From Vairimorpha necatrix (lineage: Eukaryota), in contig CP142726.1 of assembly GCA_036630325.1 (NCBI GenBank), positions 1,302,001 to 1,366,000 of the forward strand: a DNA stretch of 64,000 nucleotides, written 5' to 3'. The notes below the pieces were generated by a model. The model was not told the DNA's origin. It did no database searches and worked only from the letters and a program-made list of their open reading frames with translations. This document shows, piece by piece, positions 24,951-36,535 of this stretch (positions within the stretch are counted from its first letter, which is position 1; each line of letters begins with the position of its first letter). The position numbers and the translations under genes were made by a program.

Positions 24951-25652
24951 ATGTTTATTCTTGTATTTATTTATGGTAGGATCATATTCTGTACGAATTT
25001 AGCGAAATATAGTCATATATTGATTGAAAATATAAATTATGATTGTTTAAATCCTGACTATTCTTTAGATCAAGTAAAGGTTGGATATCTCAATTTAAAA
25101 TTTGACTTAAATAAAAATACCGGAATATATTATAAGCTCAGCAACAAAGCTATAATTATAAACAACTTTGAGTCTTCATGTTTAATTGAAGGTTATGATA
25201 AAAAAGAGAACGAGCTATTGTCTTCAGATACTATGCCTAGAGATGAACGCTCCTTTGTGTGCGAATTTAGTCGGAACAAAGACGTGTCTTTGACATTTTC
25301 TTTTGAGTACGAAATGCCTTGTGTTATTCGATCATTTAATTCAACAGAAGTAAAGATTTATTCTTTAGAAAATGACAATAAGGCGATGAGCAGAAAAAAT
25401 ACCCTGTCAATAGCCTTTTCTGTTTCTCCAAATACCAAGATATGCTTATCTAAAGTGAATGGTTTGTATGTTTTAACTACAGAAGATCCCAACATCATTT
25501 TAAAATGTTTATCTGATTTTAAAGACAATATCAGACAAGATGCATGTCGTTTAGTTATGACCAGAAAAATTGAATTTCCAATTGATTCTGATGTAGTTAT
25601 TGGGTTTGGTGCCATAAATTTTGACAATATATTATTGGAAACATTTAATTAA
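24951..25652 (+). CDS. Secreted family A protein, copy 7 (most divergent)
   Basis: ATG follows CCCCAATA. Signal-peptide-like MFILVFIYGRIIFC. Retains IENI.YDC, SCLIEGYDK, NG.YVLT and RKIEFP. Confidence 0.75.
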   Translation: MFILVFIYGRIIFCTNLAKYSHILIENINYDCLNPDYSLDQVKVGYLNLKFDLNKNTGIYYKLSNKAIIINNFESSCLIEGYDKKENELLSSDTMPRDERSFVCEFSRNKDVSLTFSFEYEMPCVIRSFNSTEVKIYSLENDNKAMSRKNTLSIAFSVSPNTKICLSKVNGLYVLTTEDPNIILKCLSDFKDNIRQDACRLVMTRKIEFPIDSDVVIGFGAINFDNILLETFN

Positions 25653-25765
25653 ATTTTTAAATTTAAATATACAGGAAACATGTGTGTATTGTTACAAATT
25701 TCGTAGTTTTTTTTTCATTTTTTATTATATTAAAAATTAAGTTTTTTTTTGATTAATTAATTTTA

Positions 25766-26299
25766 TTAAACTCCTAAAAACATTGGCTCTTTAAGTACAT
25801 TCGTTATTTCTTTTAAATGAATATCTTCTCCTTTACGTTTTGCTCTCTCAACATCAATAACAATAAATTGTTGTTTAATGGCATTCGGGCTACATTTTTC
25901 AAGTTCAATTTCATAGTAACTTCCCCGTTTATCGTAGTCTCCTACTTGGAAGCATATGCTCGAAGAATTAGAAATTGTATTATAATCAGTTGCCGGGGAT
26001 ATTTTCCAATCGTCGTCCATTGGTCTCATAGTTTCATTAAGTTTCAGACTTGTTTTACTATGAATATCTTTCTGGCCCATGACAATATATCTGCCCATTT
26101 TAGTTCTAAACCCGCCTACATTTGGATCATATGTAAATATATTGTCTTTGGTATTAGTCAAAGAAGAAGGAACTAGCACTATGTCGTCTGTACTCATATT
26201 AGTATTCATTATTGATAATTCATGAGCTCGGTCTTTGGTTAAAATTTTTAATTGCCGTTGTGTTGCAAAGATTCCTAATGTGTGTAATATAAAAATCAT
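25766..26299 (-). CDS. Ricin B lectin-like secreted protein
   Basis: Signal-peptide-like N-terminus. Beta-trefoil-type segment W.I......I....ICFQVG.........LEKC.....QQF. Confidence 0.7.
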   Translation of the reverse strand: MIFILHTLGIFATQRQLKILTKDRAHELSIMNTNMSTDDIVLVPSSLTNTKDNIFTYDPNVGGFRTKMGRYIVMGQKDIHSKTSLKLNETMRPMDDDWKISPATDYNTISNSSSICFQVGDYDKRGSYYEIELEKCSPNAIKQQFIVIDVERAKRKGEDIHLKEITNVLKEPMFLGV

Positions 26300-26824
26300 A
26301 TAAATATATTTTTAATTTAATATTTATATACATTGTAAAACACGATACATGTTTCAAGTATTAATAAATTTGAAACACGGTTTTTGCAAGTGACAAACCA
26401 TTTTGAATTTATAAAAAATTATAAAATCATTTAAGAAATTCTGAAAGCGCGGATGACAATAAAATTTTTATTTTTTAAAGAAAAATGTCTTCGTTTCATT
26501 CAATGAAAAAATTTAATGGGTCGATAATTTTTTTTTAAAATATTGATTTTTTTACGGTATCATTATTAACCAAAGATTTAAACACACAAAGGTTTTCATT
26601 TGTTTTTAAATTAAAAATTCAAAAATTTTCCCTAATTTAGCAAGTTCGTATTTTACTTATAAGACATTCCTAATGTAATAAATTGACATTTCATAAAAAT
26701 TTTATATGTCTCCGTTTCATTGACAAAAACAATGTACAAGATTTTTTAGATCTCAAATAAGTTGTAGACTTTTCAAATTTAATTGGTTAAAAAACAATGT
26801 TAAATTTTAAAATAATTTTTTAAT

Positions 26825-27496
26825 TCATTTTGATTTCATGTTTCTCTTAGTTGAGTCGACTAATACATCGTGATTTAAAGTTTCGGCTGTAGTGTTTGTG
26901 TTAATCAAAGACTTTAATTCTCCAATTGTAGAATTAATCCTCTTGTTTCCATCTTTATCATCATGAACAATAATCTCCACTGGGACATCATCATTGTACG
27001 CTTTAAGTGTCATTTTCAAGAGTACTACACCACCTTCATCGTAATCATTTTTTATTGTTTCTATCCGATCTTCAGTGTCTTTTTCGTATTGAAATCTTTG
27101 ATTTTTATTCTGAGCTTTACAAGTAGTGACAATTGCAGAATTAAAACTTTTGTCTTTTTTCCCTACACTGAGACACAAGTCGCTTTCAGTTCTGAATTTA
27201 AATTTCCCATCTTCTGCGTCAGTCTCCCATCTACTGAAAACATAGTTGTTGTCACAAAATTTTACAGTACTGTTAGTTGAGTCGACACATATTTTTTTGC
27301 CATTAAGAGTTATAGATTTTTTGATGGCGTCGTATTCAACTAGAAGTGTTTTGTTTGCTTCTTTATTACTGTCGTCTTTTGATATCCATCCTAGACTGTT
27401 GTTCCCTGCGTCTTGTAAGAAGTAATCTGGTTTACTGTCTGATTCTAGTAGACCAGAAAAAGAGTAAGCTTGTGCTAACAATAAAGTCAGAATCAT
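26825..27496 (-). CDS. Ricin B lectin-like secreted protein
   Basis: Signal peptide MILTLLLAQAYS. Two Cys pairs in ricin-type repeats (KICVD...VKFCD....RW and LCLSV...VTTC.....QRF). Confidence 0.8.
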   Translation of the reverse strand: MILTLLLAQAYSFSGLLESDSKPDYFLQDAGNNSLGWISKDDSNKEANKTLLVEYDAIKKSITLNGKKICVDSTNSTVKFCDNNYVFSRWETDAEDGKFKFRTESDLCLSVGKKDKSFNSAIVTTCKAQNKNQRFQYEKDTEDRIETIKNDYDEGGVVLLKMTLKAYNDDVPVEIIVHDDKDGNKRINSTIGELKSLINTNTTAETLNHDVLVDSTKRNMKSK

Positions 27497-27532
27497 TTTG
27501 TTTATCCTTAGAGAATTATTATATATAATATT

Positions 27533-27546
27533 TGAAACATGTTTCA
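27533..27546. promoter_or_regulatory. Perfect 14-bp palindrome TGAAACATGTTTCA upstream of the lectin gene
   Basis: Lies ~37 nt upstream of the minus-strand ATG at 27496, beyond a TATA-like tract. A near-copy at 26343-26356 precedes the other lectin gene. Confidence 0.5.
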
Positions 27547-27637
27547 GTTTATAAAACGAATAAGAATTTATAAATTTGGAAATTTATTAGTTGTTCGTTT
27601 TTTATGCCATATTTTTTTTCTAATTTTTTGACCCCAA

Positions 27638-28132
27638 ATGAATAAAGGCGGAGATTCTGGAGATGTAAAATTTCTCAAGATCCAAGTTATAGGCGGAGAG
27701 CTTCCTGGCCCAGTATTGGCCCAAAGAGCAGGTTCATGGGGCATACCAATTAAGAAAGTTGGTGAAGATATTAAAGCAGCCACTGCTGAATATAAAAGTC
27801 TTAAAGTTATGGTATCAGTTACAGTAGCAGGAGGAAAGGCTTCTATTGAAGTTTTACCAAATACTTCTACTTTGATTATTAAAGCGCTTAGAGAGCCACC
27901 AAGAGATAGAAAGAAAGTTAAGAATATTAAACATGATGGAGATTTAAAATTAAGTGATGTGATTGAAATAGCAAAGAAAATTAGAAGTAAATCTTTTAGT
28001 AAGAAATTGTCTGGGACTGTCAAAGAAGTACTTGGGACTTGTTATTCTGTAGGGTGTACTGTTGAAGGAAAAACACCCAAAGAAATCACTGCTTCAATTT
28101 TTTCTGGAGACATTAGAATTCCAGATGAATAA
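27638..28132 (+). CDS. RPL12: 60S ribosomal protein L12 (uL11)
   Basis: GGE.....LA, KKVGEDI.KAT, LIIKALREPPRDRKKVKNIKH.G, GTVKEVLGT..SVGCTV. CCCC motif before the ATG. Confidence 0.97.
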   Translation: MNKGGDSGDVKFLKIQVIGGELPGPVLAQRAGSWGIPIKKVGEDIKAATAEYKSLKVMVSVTVAGGKASIEVLPNTSTLIIKALREPPRDRKKVKNIKHDGDLKLSDVIEIAKKIRSKSFSKKLSGTVKEVLGTCYSVGCTVEGKTPKEITASIFSGDIRIPDE

Positions 28133-28769
28133 ATTTATTACTTATTTAAAATTTAGATTTGCAAATACAATCTTTGAAAATATGTTGATTTATTATATCT
28201 TTATTTATAAGTAATTTAAGTTTAAATATTTCAATAAGGAATCTAGTTTTTCAATTGGTATTCTAATTTTCAAATTATACTTTGATTTTTCTTATAGAAA
28301 TATATCAAATAATTTATTTTTTTATTAATTACAAGAAATAATTTGATTTGTTAGAAAAGATAAAATAAAATTTGTCACGTCTTCGATATAAAAATAATTT
28401 AAATATTTGATAAATTATAATTAAAGGTGAATATTTTTTCCCATATTTTATGATCTTAGAAATAAGACAATCTAATAAAAATTACAAAAAGACGTCAAAA
28501 ATTCCATTAAATTATAATAACTCGCAAATATAAAACTCGGGAATTTTAGTCAAATATTTTGTAATTTTTGACATATTGAATATTCCTTATTAGGAAATAT
28601 TAAATATTTTAAAAATAAATAAATTAATCACTAGATCATAATTTAAAAATAAATGAATAATTCAATAGAACATAATGAAAAATATTCATTGGGTCCTAAT
28701 TAATTTTCATATTATTCTAATAAATAAACAAAATCACCATTCATTTATAATTTTTTATATTCACCCCTC

Positions 28770-31241
28770 ATGTCAAATTTGGATAATAATAACCAGGACA
28801 ATGACAAGTGGTCAGAACAAGGATCTAAAAGATACAATGAGGATGACAAAGAACAGTTCACAGAATACAGTGATAGTTCTAGTGTTAGCAATCAGCACTT
28901 TGCACAACAGATCACTCATAGCGCCAGACCAGTGGAACACACTGCAAGCAGGGAAGGGTACCAGCAGCCTAGGCCGCCAGTCCCCGAAGATGCCGAAGTC
29001 TGTGACGCTATGGTGTTTTTAAATAAAATCAAGGAAGAATACGCGGATGATATGGTGACTTATGATAATTTCTTAGAGACAATGCGAGATTATAAATTCG
29101 GGAAAATTGACGCGGACGAAGTCTGTAAAGGAGTAAAGATATTATTCAAAGACAAGCCTCATCTTATTTCTATTTTCAATGAATATTTGCCATCTCATTT
29201 GAAATTTCACTCAGACAATAGAAATGCGGAAAATATACAGAGAAATTTCGACATGAGACCTCCTCATTTTCAGCATCCTCATTTCAGAAGGCCTTTGTAC
29301 AATGCGAAAATGCTCCCTGAAAACATGAAACCAAATGGGAACATGAGACCAATGATGCCAAAAATGGGACCTCCTCCACATTTACAGCCTCCTCATATGA
29401 ATGGATTATTAAATGGCATGATTCCTCCCTTTGTACCCCACCCTAATCCAATGAGAATGCCACCTGCAAACAAAATCCACCCAGGATATTATCCTCATAT
29501 ACAACAAAAACCTGAAGAAGAGACTACGAAGAAGAAGCAAGCCAATGAATTTATACAGCGGGTAAAAAGAAGATATTCAAATCAATCAAGCGTGTATAAA
29601 TCATTTGTGGACATTTTACAAAAAAACTCAATGGAGACGAATGCCGCGACTATTCGATCAGAAATTTCGACTTTGTTGTGGGAACATCCCGATTTAATTG
29701 AAGATTTTGAGAGAGATTTCATCCCAGCGGACAAAATCAAGCAGGAAGAAAGATCGTCAGCACTGAAAGATCTTGCTAAAGAAATGGAGGAAAGGGGCGT
29801 ATCTGAAGATTTTCTAAGATGTCTGAATTATTACAATCAGAATTTTGTAACAAAAAAGGAATTGCTTTTGCTAGTGACGCCCCTTGTCAAAGACGAGAAC
29901 ATCGTCGAACAATTTAAAAGATTTATAAATTTTCAAGAAAAAGAACCCACTCCTGGAAAAAATCTGGAAAAATGTAAGAAAATTGGATCTTACAGAATTT
30001 TAAATCAAGAAATTCAGAATCAAAATCAAGATGCGATCTCAAGGGAAGTTTTAAATACGACTTGTGTGTCTATGCCGACTTTTGAATCAGAAGATGCAAA
30101 TTTCGTATTTTTAAAAAGGAACATGTACGAAGATTGTGTGTTTAGAGTTGAAGACGATCGATCAGAGGCGACACTAGTCGTAGAAAGACTAGATTTCTTT
30201 ATAAATGTCTTAGAAATTGTATATTCTAATCTACAAGAGGGAGAATTGTCTATTAAAGACTTAGGAATGTCACCAGGAATTATAAAAGAAGTACTCAAGA
30301 ATATTTACGAAGATTCGGCCCCAGAAATATTAGAAGGTATTCTCAATAATCCAAAGACTGCTATCCCAGTGGTAATAAAAAGATTATATTCAATTAATAA
30401 AAGTTTCAGGGAGAAATTAAGGCAAAAAAATAAAGTTTGGAATGAACAAGTCGAAAGGGCGCATTACAAAGCACTGGACTCCCTCGGTCAGTTTTATAAA
30501 AACCAAGAAAAATTCAATTTTAGCCTGAAGAATTTAACCCAAGAAGCAGATGAAGGATTTTCTATTGATTACTCAGATTTAAATCTAATCGAAAATATCA
30601 GTAAAATTTTCAAGATATTCATAAGAGTAAGCCAAACTGATAAAAAGCAGGCCTCAATTCCAAATCTTTATCCTACTGTTGATGCTATTTTTGATATGTT
30701 ACATGAAAACATCTCTTTTGTTGGGAATTTCAATATATTTTGTATTTTCAGATTCATTTTTTACGCATACGATAAACTTAAAGAAATCAAAGATCTAAAT
30801 TTTAAACCAATTGTATCTTCTAAAACAGCTGTAGGCATGAACATTGTAGCAGAATATGACGTGGATGATCGTTTTGAGGAACTTATAAATTTGATCAAAT
30901 CTTATTCTGAGAAATCTATTGATCATGTTGATTATGAGGAAACTGTCAGAATTCTTACAGATTGCAAAGGATACAAGATTTACAACTTAAAAAAAGTTTT
31001 TCTTAAAATAGAGAAATCAATATTAACAGTCATGGAAGATGAATTCTCTTTAAATTGTTTTTTAAATAGAAATACAGTCGTCGATGAAATAAATTCTATG
31101 CAAATAAGTTTTGAAAATAATATTTTTAGTGCTAAAAATATCATTTTTAAAAATGAGTCAGAAGAAAATGTTGATATTGACGAAGAAGAGAAGGTTGATA
31201 GTGACGAAGAAGAACATGTTAAACGGAGTAGAATCTTATAA
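28770..31241 (+). CDS. SIN3: Sin3-like paired amphipathic helix corepressor
   Basis: PAH repeats (DA..FL.KIK......Y..FL..M.D.K...LF...P.LI..FN.YLP and A..F..RVK.R......YK.F..IL). HDAC-interaction region GSYR.L...EVLN...VS.P...SED..F....N.YE...FR.EDDR.E. Confidence 0.9.
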   Translation: MSNLDNNNQDNDKWSEQGSKRYNEDDKEQFTEYSDSSSVSNQHFAQQITHSARPVEHTASREGYQQPRPPVPEDAEVCDAMVFLNKIKEEYADDMVTYDNFLETMRDYKFGKIDADEVCKGVKILFKDKPHLISIFNEYLPSHLKFHSDNRNAENIQRNFDMRPPHFQHPHFRRPLYNAKMLPENMKPNGNMRPMMPKMGPPPHLQPPHMNGLLNGMIPPFVPHPNPMRMPPANKIHPGYYPHIQQKPEEETTKKKQANEFIQRVKRRYSNQSSVYKSFVDILQKNSMETNAATIRSEISTLLWEHPDLIEDFERDFIPADKIKQEERSSALKDLAKEMEERGVSEDFLRCLNYYNQNFVTKKELLLLVTPLVKDENIVEQFKRFINFQEKEPTPGKNLEKCKKIGSYRILNQEIQNQNQDAISREVLNTTCVSMPTFESEDANFVFLKRNMYEDCVFRVEDDRSEATLVVERLDFFINVLEIVYSNLQEGELSIKDLGMSPGIIKEVLKNIYEDSAPEILEGILNNPKTAIPVVIKRLYSINKSFREKLRQKNKVWNEQVERAHYKALDSLGQFYKNQEKFNFSLKNLTQEADEGFSIDYSDLNLIENISKIFKIFIRVSQTDKKQASIPNLYPTVDAIFDMLHENISFVGNFNIFCIFRFIFYAYDKLKEIKDLNFKPIVSSKTAVGMNIVAEYDVDDRFEELINLIKSYSEKSIDHVDYEETVRILTDCKGYKIYNLKKVFLKIEKSILTVMEDEFSLNCFLNRNTVVDEINSMQISFENNIFSAKNIIFKNESEENVDIDEEEKVDSDEEEHVKRSRIL

Positions 31242-31393
31242 ATAAATATTGCTTAAATATTGTTTTTACAATAAAATTTTTCCTATAAATTCATGCTGTT
31301 TTTTTTTTCTTTTAAGCTTTTTTGCATAAACAAAAAACAAACAAATTTTAATTATTTTTGAAATGTAATAATTTTTGTATTTGAGGGGTTAGT

Positions 31394-32578
31394 ATGAGAA
31401 AGAGAGTTCTTACAAATCCACCAAATTTGTATAATTCGATGTATGACAATATAGATCAAAATTTGATAGTTTCAAGAGGTGATTTTTTACAAAAAACAGA
31501 GCTCAAAAAATATATGATCATCGATTTATTGGGCACAGGAACCTTCAGTCAAGTCGTAAGATGCGTCAGCACTGACGGAGAAGAAGTTGCAATAAAAATT
31601 GTAAAAAATAGTCCAAAATATTATTTTTATGAAATGAACGAAGTAAAAATTTTACAGAAGCTTATGTACAAGAATTTGAGTAAACATTTTGTAGAAATCA
31701 AGGATGTGTTTGTTTTTAGAGAACATCTTTGTATTGTCGAAGAGCTTCTTGGCCATAATTTGTACGAGTTTATCAAGATCACTGGATTTAAAGGAGTTGA
31801 TCATAAAATTGTCCAGAAGATAGCCAAGCAAATATTAGAAGGTTTAAATCAGCTTAATTTACTGGGAATCACCCACTGTGACTTGAAGCCGGAGAACATT
31901 CTCATTAAAGATTATGATAATTTCGACATAAAAATAATTGACTTTGGCTCGGCATTTTATGAGCCACAGCAGAGCAATTTTTATGTTCAATCGAGATATT
32001 ACAGATCTCCTGAGGTTTTACTCGGGATTCCTTACAGTAGTTCATGTGATATTTGGTCTTTTGGTTGCATAATTTATGAAATGTACATGGGCCAGCCTTT
32101 ATTCCCCGGCAAGAACAATCAAGATCTCATTTATAAGATTTATAGGTTTTTTAGTAGACTCCCGAGATTTATGTTAGAGCACGGGGAAAATTCTCATTTA
32201 TTTTTTGATAAAGAAAATAATTACAAATTCATAGGACAAGGCACAGGAGCACTGACTATGAATGAGATGATTGACAATATTAGGTCTAAAAATAATAATA
32301 ATGCTCTGGATGATATGTTAATTTCATTTATACTTGAATGTATAAACCCTAGTCATTTTAGTCGTCCTTCTGCTCCGTCTTTGTTACTTCACAGATATTT
32401 GCAGTATAACGATGCCGACTTAGTCGTCCAAAGAAGAAATCAACCTAATCCAGTGCCCAAAATCTCTAAGCAAAGAAGAAATTCAGAATATAACATTAAA
32501 GGATCTAGATCTAGTAAAGATGATAAGAGAAAATGTAGTGTATTTGATATGTCTAATGAAAATAAAACAAACAAGTGA
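31394..32578 (+). CDS. DYRK/Yak1-family dual-specificity protein kinase
   Basis: LG.GTFSQV, VAIKIVK, HCDLKPENIL, IIDFGSA, YVQSRYYRSPEV. GGGG motif before the ATG. Confidence 0.92.
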   Translation: MRKRVLTNPPNLYNSMYDNIDQNLIVSRGDFLQKTELKKYMIIDLLGTGTFSQVVRCVSTDGEEVAIKIVKNSPKYYFYEMNEVKILQKLMYKNLSKHFVEIKDVFVFREHLCIVEELLGHNLYEFIKITGFKGVDHKIVQKIAKQILEGLNQLNLLGITHCDLKPENILIKDYDNFDIKIIDFGSAFYEPQQSNFYVQSRYYRSPEVLLGIPYSSSCDIWSFGCIIYEMYMGQPLFPGKNNQDLIYKIYRFFSRLPRFMLEHGENSHLFFDKENNYKFIGQGTGALTMNEMIDNIRSKNNNNALDDMLISFILECINPSHFSRPSAPSLLLHRYLQYNDADLVVQRRNQPNPVPKISKQRRNSEYNIKGSRSSKDDKRKCSVFDMSNENKTNK

Positions 32579-32739
32579 GTTGTAAAATAAATTAAAATAC
32601 TACATATTAACCAATATATATTATAAATTTAAGCTCTTTATAAAAAAATTTAAGCTTTTTATAAAAAAAATTATTAATTTATGTACTAAATAAAAAAATA
32701 ATTAAATGAATTTAATTAGGGTATGCTTATTGTAGTTTA

Positions 32740-33135
32740 AATTTTGAGTTTAACAGGGGTAGGTTCCGCGTTAGCGTCTCCTGCTTGTAGGTAGCTTTGC
32801 GGCTTCATGGTCCTTTTCACATCGGCTTCGTCTCCTCTCCTTCGGTAGTTTAGAGAAATGCTATCTAGCGTCTTCTTTAGTGTGATCATCTGGATGTACG
32901 CTTCTACCTTCTTAGGGATTCAAAGTCTTTAGGTATATGATTTGTGGAACTTAGTCGAAATACCGTCCCAAGTGATTACGTAGGAAATTTTTTCTGTTTT
33001 AAAACCATGTATTAAGCCAAGTTCTTCACAAGCACATCATACTTTCTTAAATTATCGTTTTCAACTTGCTGTAAATTCTCTTGTGATGTGACACCTATTT
33101 CAATCATTCTGAACAATTTATTCTTTTTACCTACT
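32740..33135 (-). mobile_element. 3' remnant of an RLE-type non-LTR retrotransposon
   Basis: Minus-strand translation gives IEIGVTSQENLQQVEND..RKYD, YVITWDG and EAYIQ...LKKTLDSIS, the same architecture as 18.9-19.7 kb. Confidence 0.7.
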
Positions 33136-34591
33136 ATAAAAAATAATTACAACATAAAAATTTTTAAGTTTCGGAGTTCTATTAAACAAGCAAATTAAAT
33201 ACTTACTTTTTTCAAATAAAGGTAAATAAACATTCTTAAATTGAATCCTGAAGGAAGTTTTATAATATAATTAATTTCAAAGATTTGAAACCCCAAACGG
33301 AACTAATAAATTTAAAAAAAACATTGTAAGAAAAAACACATGAAAAATTATCCTATAGATGCCGAAGTACTTATCTGTTACTTATTGCGCTTTACTTAAG
33401 CGATAAAATTTAATTGTAAAAAAATTGTTGTACGAAATAGATCAGCATTCTAAAGTTAAAAACTTTTTATAATTATTTAGATGATGAAATTATTACAGAG
33501 AAAAAAGGGGTGTTAGTAAGTTTCATCAACAGATATCCAAGATAGGAAAAAATTACTAGAAAAAAGTTAATTATTAGTATTTTTACATTTTTTTTTGAAA
33601 AATATTACCTTGATAAAATCTATAACACGTATGATTTAGTGAACTTGATGTCAATTCTTACTGCTGATATTTTATTTTAGGTATATAAATAATTAGTAGG
33701 CATATTTTTTGTCCTGTTTATCTATTTTTCGTTGTTAAAACATTTATTAAAGTAATAATAAATATTTTTTTATTATTAAAATATCTTTCATCTTTTTTAC
33801 AAGCATTTTTTAACGATGCTTTCTAATCAAATAAGTTAAAACGTCTTTATTTAGAAATTTAACTCATTTGAAATTGACACGGAAATTTCAACAAATCTAT
33901 ACAACAAAATTATAACCAAATTCGCTAAGACCTAAGAAAGTGGTATAAATTAATCTTAAATAAAATAATTGACATAGCATTTATTAAAATAATTTTTGTA
34001 CCTTATGACGTTGCAATACACGTTTATAAAAATTTCAATTGCAACCAACCTCAGTAGGTGATAATTTACGTCTGAATCACCAAAATAAGATATTATAAAA
34101 AAAAAAATATACACACAGAATCACGTCAAAAAGCCTCGATGAATAATATATAAATAGATCTATACCTTTTCAACCAAGAAGTATATTATCTTTAAAATTA
34201 TAATTATAAATTACATTGCGACAATATTGGTTTGTAACCCTAATAATTCTTGAATGAGTGATTGCGAAAAAAAGGTTATAAACGGAAAGGTAATTGAAAA
34301 AAGCTAAAATTTTAAGACAGAAAAAAAATTAAGTAAACCCCCGAATGAAATTTATGCTAACTTTATTTTTGAATTTTTATTAATATTTTGCAAAAGCTAA
34401 TTATTAAAATAAATTTTAAATTGAAAATATTCGATTTAATTTTTTTAAGCCATATTAAATCTAAAATTTATAATTCAATGCTTTAGGCTCCATTTATTAG
34501 AATTCATATTTTATAAATGGCTTAGTGTACATAAATATATTGTTTTTATTTTTAGGGATTTGAGACCATAATACTAAAAAAACCAAATTAT

Positions 34592-35140
34592 GGTGCATAA
34601 TCGTTTGGAACCCGCATTGAAAATTGGAAGGAAACCCCTTTAAAAAAAAATGACAAAATTTGTTAAAACCGATGAGTTTTTTTTACAAGAAAATAAATTA
34701 AAAATTATTTTAAAAACATTTAATAATGCAGAAACTACTTGTGTAACTTAATTGTCCAGTGGCTAGTATAAATACTGCTTTTCTCTTTGATATAATACAA
34801 GATAATGTATTACCTAGTTCTTTGTGATCAATAGATACCACATGATACCGCATTAGTCAAACCATATAAATGGAATTCAAGGCTGATTCGCCTATCGATT
34901 TCGTAATATCCAACTATCTTGAGATACAATAGCAAAAAAAATTGAGGGGGTTTAGTCTAGACATGTAATAAACCAGGTCGAGTACCTTTAACAGTTCCTC
35001 TGGGCTTGTAAAATACCAAAAAATCATAGTATAAATCATCTTCTTTTATTATTTAAAATAATCGTTAAGTCTCTTTTTTACAATTTTTTTTATTTCCCTT
35101 TTTTTAATTTTCATTGCGGGTTTATTTTACCAATGGGACA
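34592..35140 (+). mobile_element. Older decayed relative of the Merlin-like element at 2334..3024, in opposite orientation
   Basis: GGTGCATAATCGTTTGGAACCCGCATTGAAAATT at the left end and TTTTCATTGCGGGTTTATTTT at the right. Internal AAATACTGCTTT and GAGTACCTTT.ACAGTT.C.CTGGGCTT match the reverse complement of the 2334..3024 interior. Confidence 0.75.
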
Positions 35141-36535
35141 GCAAATAATCACACTCCAAATATTCTATATTCATAATTTCTGGATAATTACAATTGATAT
35201 TGGGTTTTATTTAGCATTATTTAAACATGCTTTTCCTAATAGTCAATTATATTTTCGACCATATTAGATTATTTAAACAATTACATGGTTTTTGGTTCTT
35301 TTTATTATACATACAAATCAAAAAATACTTTTCAATTAGCTTTTAGTCTTATTTTTTAAAAAAAGCAATTTTTTAAGTTGTCTAGCAAATTGAGCTTGTA
35401 ACTTGATTTTTTAATCGTTTTCGAAAATTTTTTTGATTTGTTTCTTTAAAAAAAAAAGTTGACACTTGTAAAATTTATTCAGACATCTTTACTGGTGAAT
35501 AAATTAACAATGGTGATGTTAGATAACACTAAATTTCATTTTGTTTCTACAATATAGATAAATAAATGTGCTCAAACGAATTTTTAGAACTATTAAGGCA
35601 GCAAAAGGGGTGTATATTGAAATAGAGGTAAAAGTTGCACAAATTTTTTATGAGATTAGATAAGGTTGATAATAATCAATTTTGTTGTTTTTATCTATTC
35701 TCGATGCAATTTAATACAAAAACTTCTAACAATTTAACTGTAGTGACGTAAATTTTTTCAGTGTTTGTGAAAAAATTACAGCATAAGATATAGATTATTA
35801 TTATTCAGTTTTATACTATCTTTATATTCCTTTTTTTGTGAATTTCTAATTATGATTTTTGTTTTAAAATCTCTGTAATCATTTCTTAACCACATATTTT
35901 ATTTTCTTCATAAATCCTTAACTTCTTTCAACCATTAGATTATAGAGTCTTCAATAAATGTAATATATTTGATGGTTGGTATTCCAAAAGAACGATGGTT
36001 TGCTGTAGAAAAAAAATCTCATGAAAATAAATGAATTAATTAGTTATAATTGTTAATTATATAAATACATACTATTGATAAAAATACTCGAAACTATTTT
36101 TATTACTTTAATGATTATCAAGTAATTTATAATACAAAAACATGGGCTCAAAGAGGTGACTATTTACAATTTTAATTATTTTTATCAATACCCCAGTTTA
36201 ATTGTTAAACATTGGCTGAAACACTTACAATTTTTTTTACACAAATCATTGCTTGAATTTTTATGTAATTATTTCAGAAGTAATTTTTTTAATTTGAATA
36301 TCTTCATATTCTCATACATGTTTATTGCAGCTCAGAAAAATTTTATTGCTACATTAACATAATTAATATGTACAATATCTCGATTTTATCTTAATAATTG
36401 TTATGTCATCGCGTTAGACTTATTATTATGATTTTTTTATCTAAAAGAATATTTACACACATTCACCATTTCTATGCCATCTATCAATACATTTTGAATA
36501 GTTATTTTATCAGTTATATCAATCCAAAAAAGACC

